A DNA stretch of 64,000 bases, taken from the NCBI GenBank assembly GCA_965231825.1, contig OZ246889.1:4441859-4505858 (forward strand), given 5' to 3'. Both the position numbers and the translations under genes were made by a program. Positions 63,577 through 64,000 of this stretch are shown in pieces (position 1 is the first letter of the stretch; each line of letters begins with the position of its first letter). The DNA comes from Acidobacteriota bacterium. Its GTDB lineage: Bacteria > Acidobacteriota > UBA6911 > RPQK01 > JAJDTT01. The notes beneath the pieces are model-generated. The model was not told the origin of the DNA. It did no database searches and saw only the letters and a list, made by a program, of their open reading frames with translations.

Positions 63577-64000
63577 ATGACGCTTGTCGACTGGCTGCTG
63601 GTCCTGGTCGTCAACCTGGGCATCGTCCTTTACGGTCTCATCACCTTCAAAGGCATCCGGAAGAGCTTCGACTGGTACCTCGCCGCCAAATCCCTGCCCT
63701 GGTGGGCAGTGGGCCTCTCCGCCTTCTCCACCGCCGTGGACAGCGGCGACTACGTGGCCATCGCCGGCGGATCCTACCGTTTCGGTCTCTCCCAGCTCAC
63801 CCAGTGGTGGCTGGGCATCACCGTCGGCTGGTTCGCCCTCAGTTGCTTCGTCATCATTCCCATGTACCGCTCCGGCGTCTACACCAACGCCGAGTGGCTC
63901 GAGTTCCGCTTCGGCCCCCTCACCCGGGTGCTGGCCGTTTTCATCAACATCCAGTCCCGCACCAACGTGGTGGGGAACATCTTCTTCTCCCTCTACCTGG
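63577..64000 (+). CDS. sodium:solute symporter (SSF) family transporter, 3' end off the right edge of the window
   Basis: N-terminal TM1-TM4 pattern with KSFDWYLAAKSLPWWAVGLSAFSTAVDSGDYVAIAGGSYRFG typical of SSF/SLC5. No stop within the window. Confidence 0.7.
   Translation, partial: MTLVDWLLVLVVNLGIVLYGLITFKGIRKSFDWYLAAKSLPWWAVGLSAFSTAVDSGDYVAIAGGSYRFGLSQLTQWWLGITVGWFALSCFVIIPMYRSGVYTNAEWLEFRFGPLTRVLAVFINIQSRTNVVGNIFFSLYL

Overview
This is a high-GC (about 65%) stretch of bacterial chromosome whose gene content points to a Planctomycetota/Verrucomicrobiota-type genome. It is dominated by multi-copy secreted and periplasmic protein families. Eleven observations are recorded under findings.

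I did not recognise any rRNA, tRNA or CRISPR array in the window. Most long antisense or alternate-frame ORFs in the six-frame track are GC-driven artefacts.

The genes fall into these groups:
- three DUF1549/DUF1553 'PSCyt' proteins, each followed by a Tat-signal DUF1501 partner
- four CRTAC1/ASPIC-UnbV FG-GAP proteins in a row, interrupted by one TPR gene
- two tandem M19-dipeptidase-like paralogs
- a DUF1080 protein next to a CxxCH heme dehydrogenase-like protein
- a sugar ABC transporter, an MFS sugar porter, SDR, VOC, SMP-30, URO-D-family, M24 peptidase, SAM methyltransferase and 2-hydroxyacid dehydrogenase housekeeping genes
- two outer-membrane beta-barrel genes, a DUF454 gene and a sodium:solute symporter that runs off the right edge

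The most notable structure is a three-gene cassette present twice, at 7023-13056 and 52049-58060. Each copy reads: secreted protein with PPC-like domains, then PSCyt1-DUF1549-DUF1553, then DUF1501, all on the minus strand.

A family of 28-bp hairpin-forming tandem repeats sits in three intergenic loci. These arrays are not CRISPR, because the units abut one another with no spacers.

One unusual enzyme fuses a crotonyl-CoA carboxylase/reductase-like enoyl reductase to an enoyl-CoA hydratase. It lies directly downstream of cassette 1.

Two regions look horizontally acquired on composition. The TonB-dependent receptor gene at 17463-20285 is about 40-50% GC. A giant LRR/FN3/cadherin/PKD surface protein at 45238-48411 is flanked by low-GC non-coding DNA with possible mobile-element remnants.

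Small mobile and addiction elements are also present: a MazF/PemK-type pair beside an IS630-like transposase remnant, a VapBC pair, and a frameshifted HicB-like remnant.

Every family assignment here rests on motif and architecture recognition by eye. None was confirmed by a database search.
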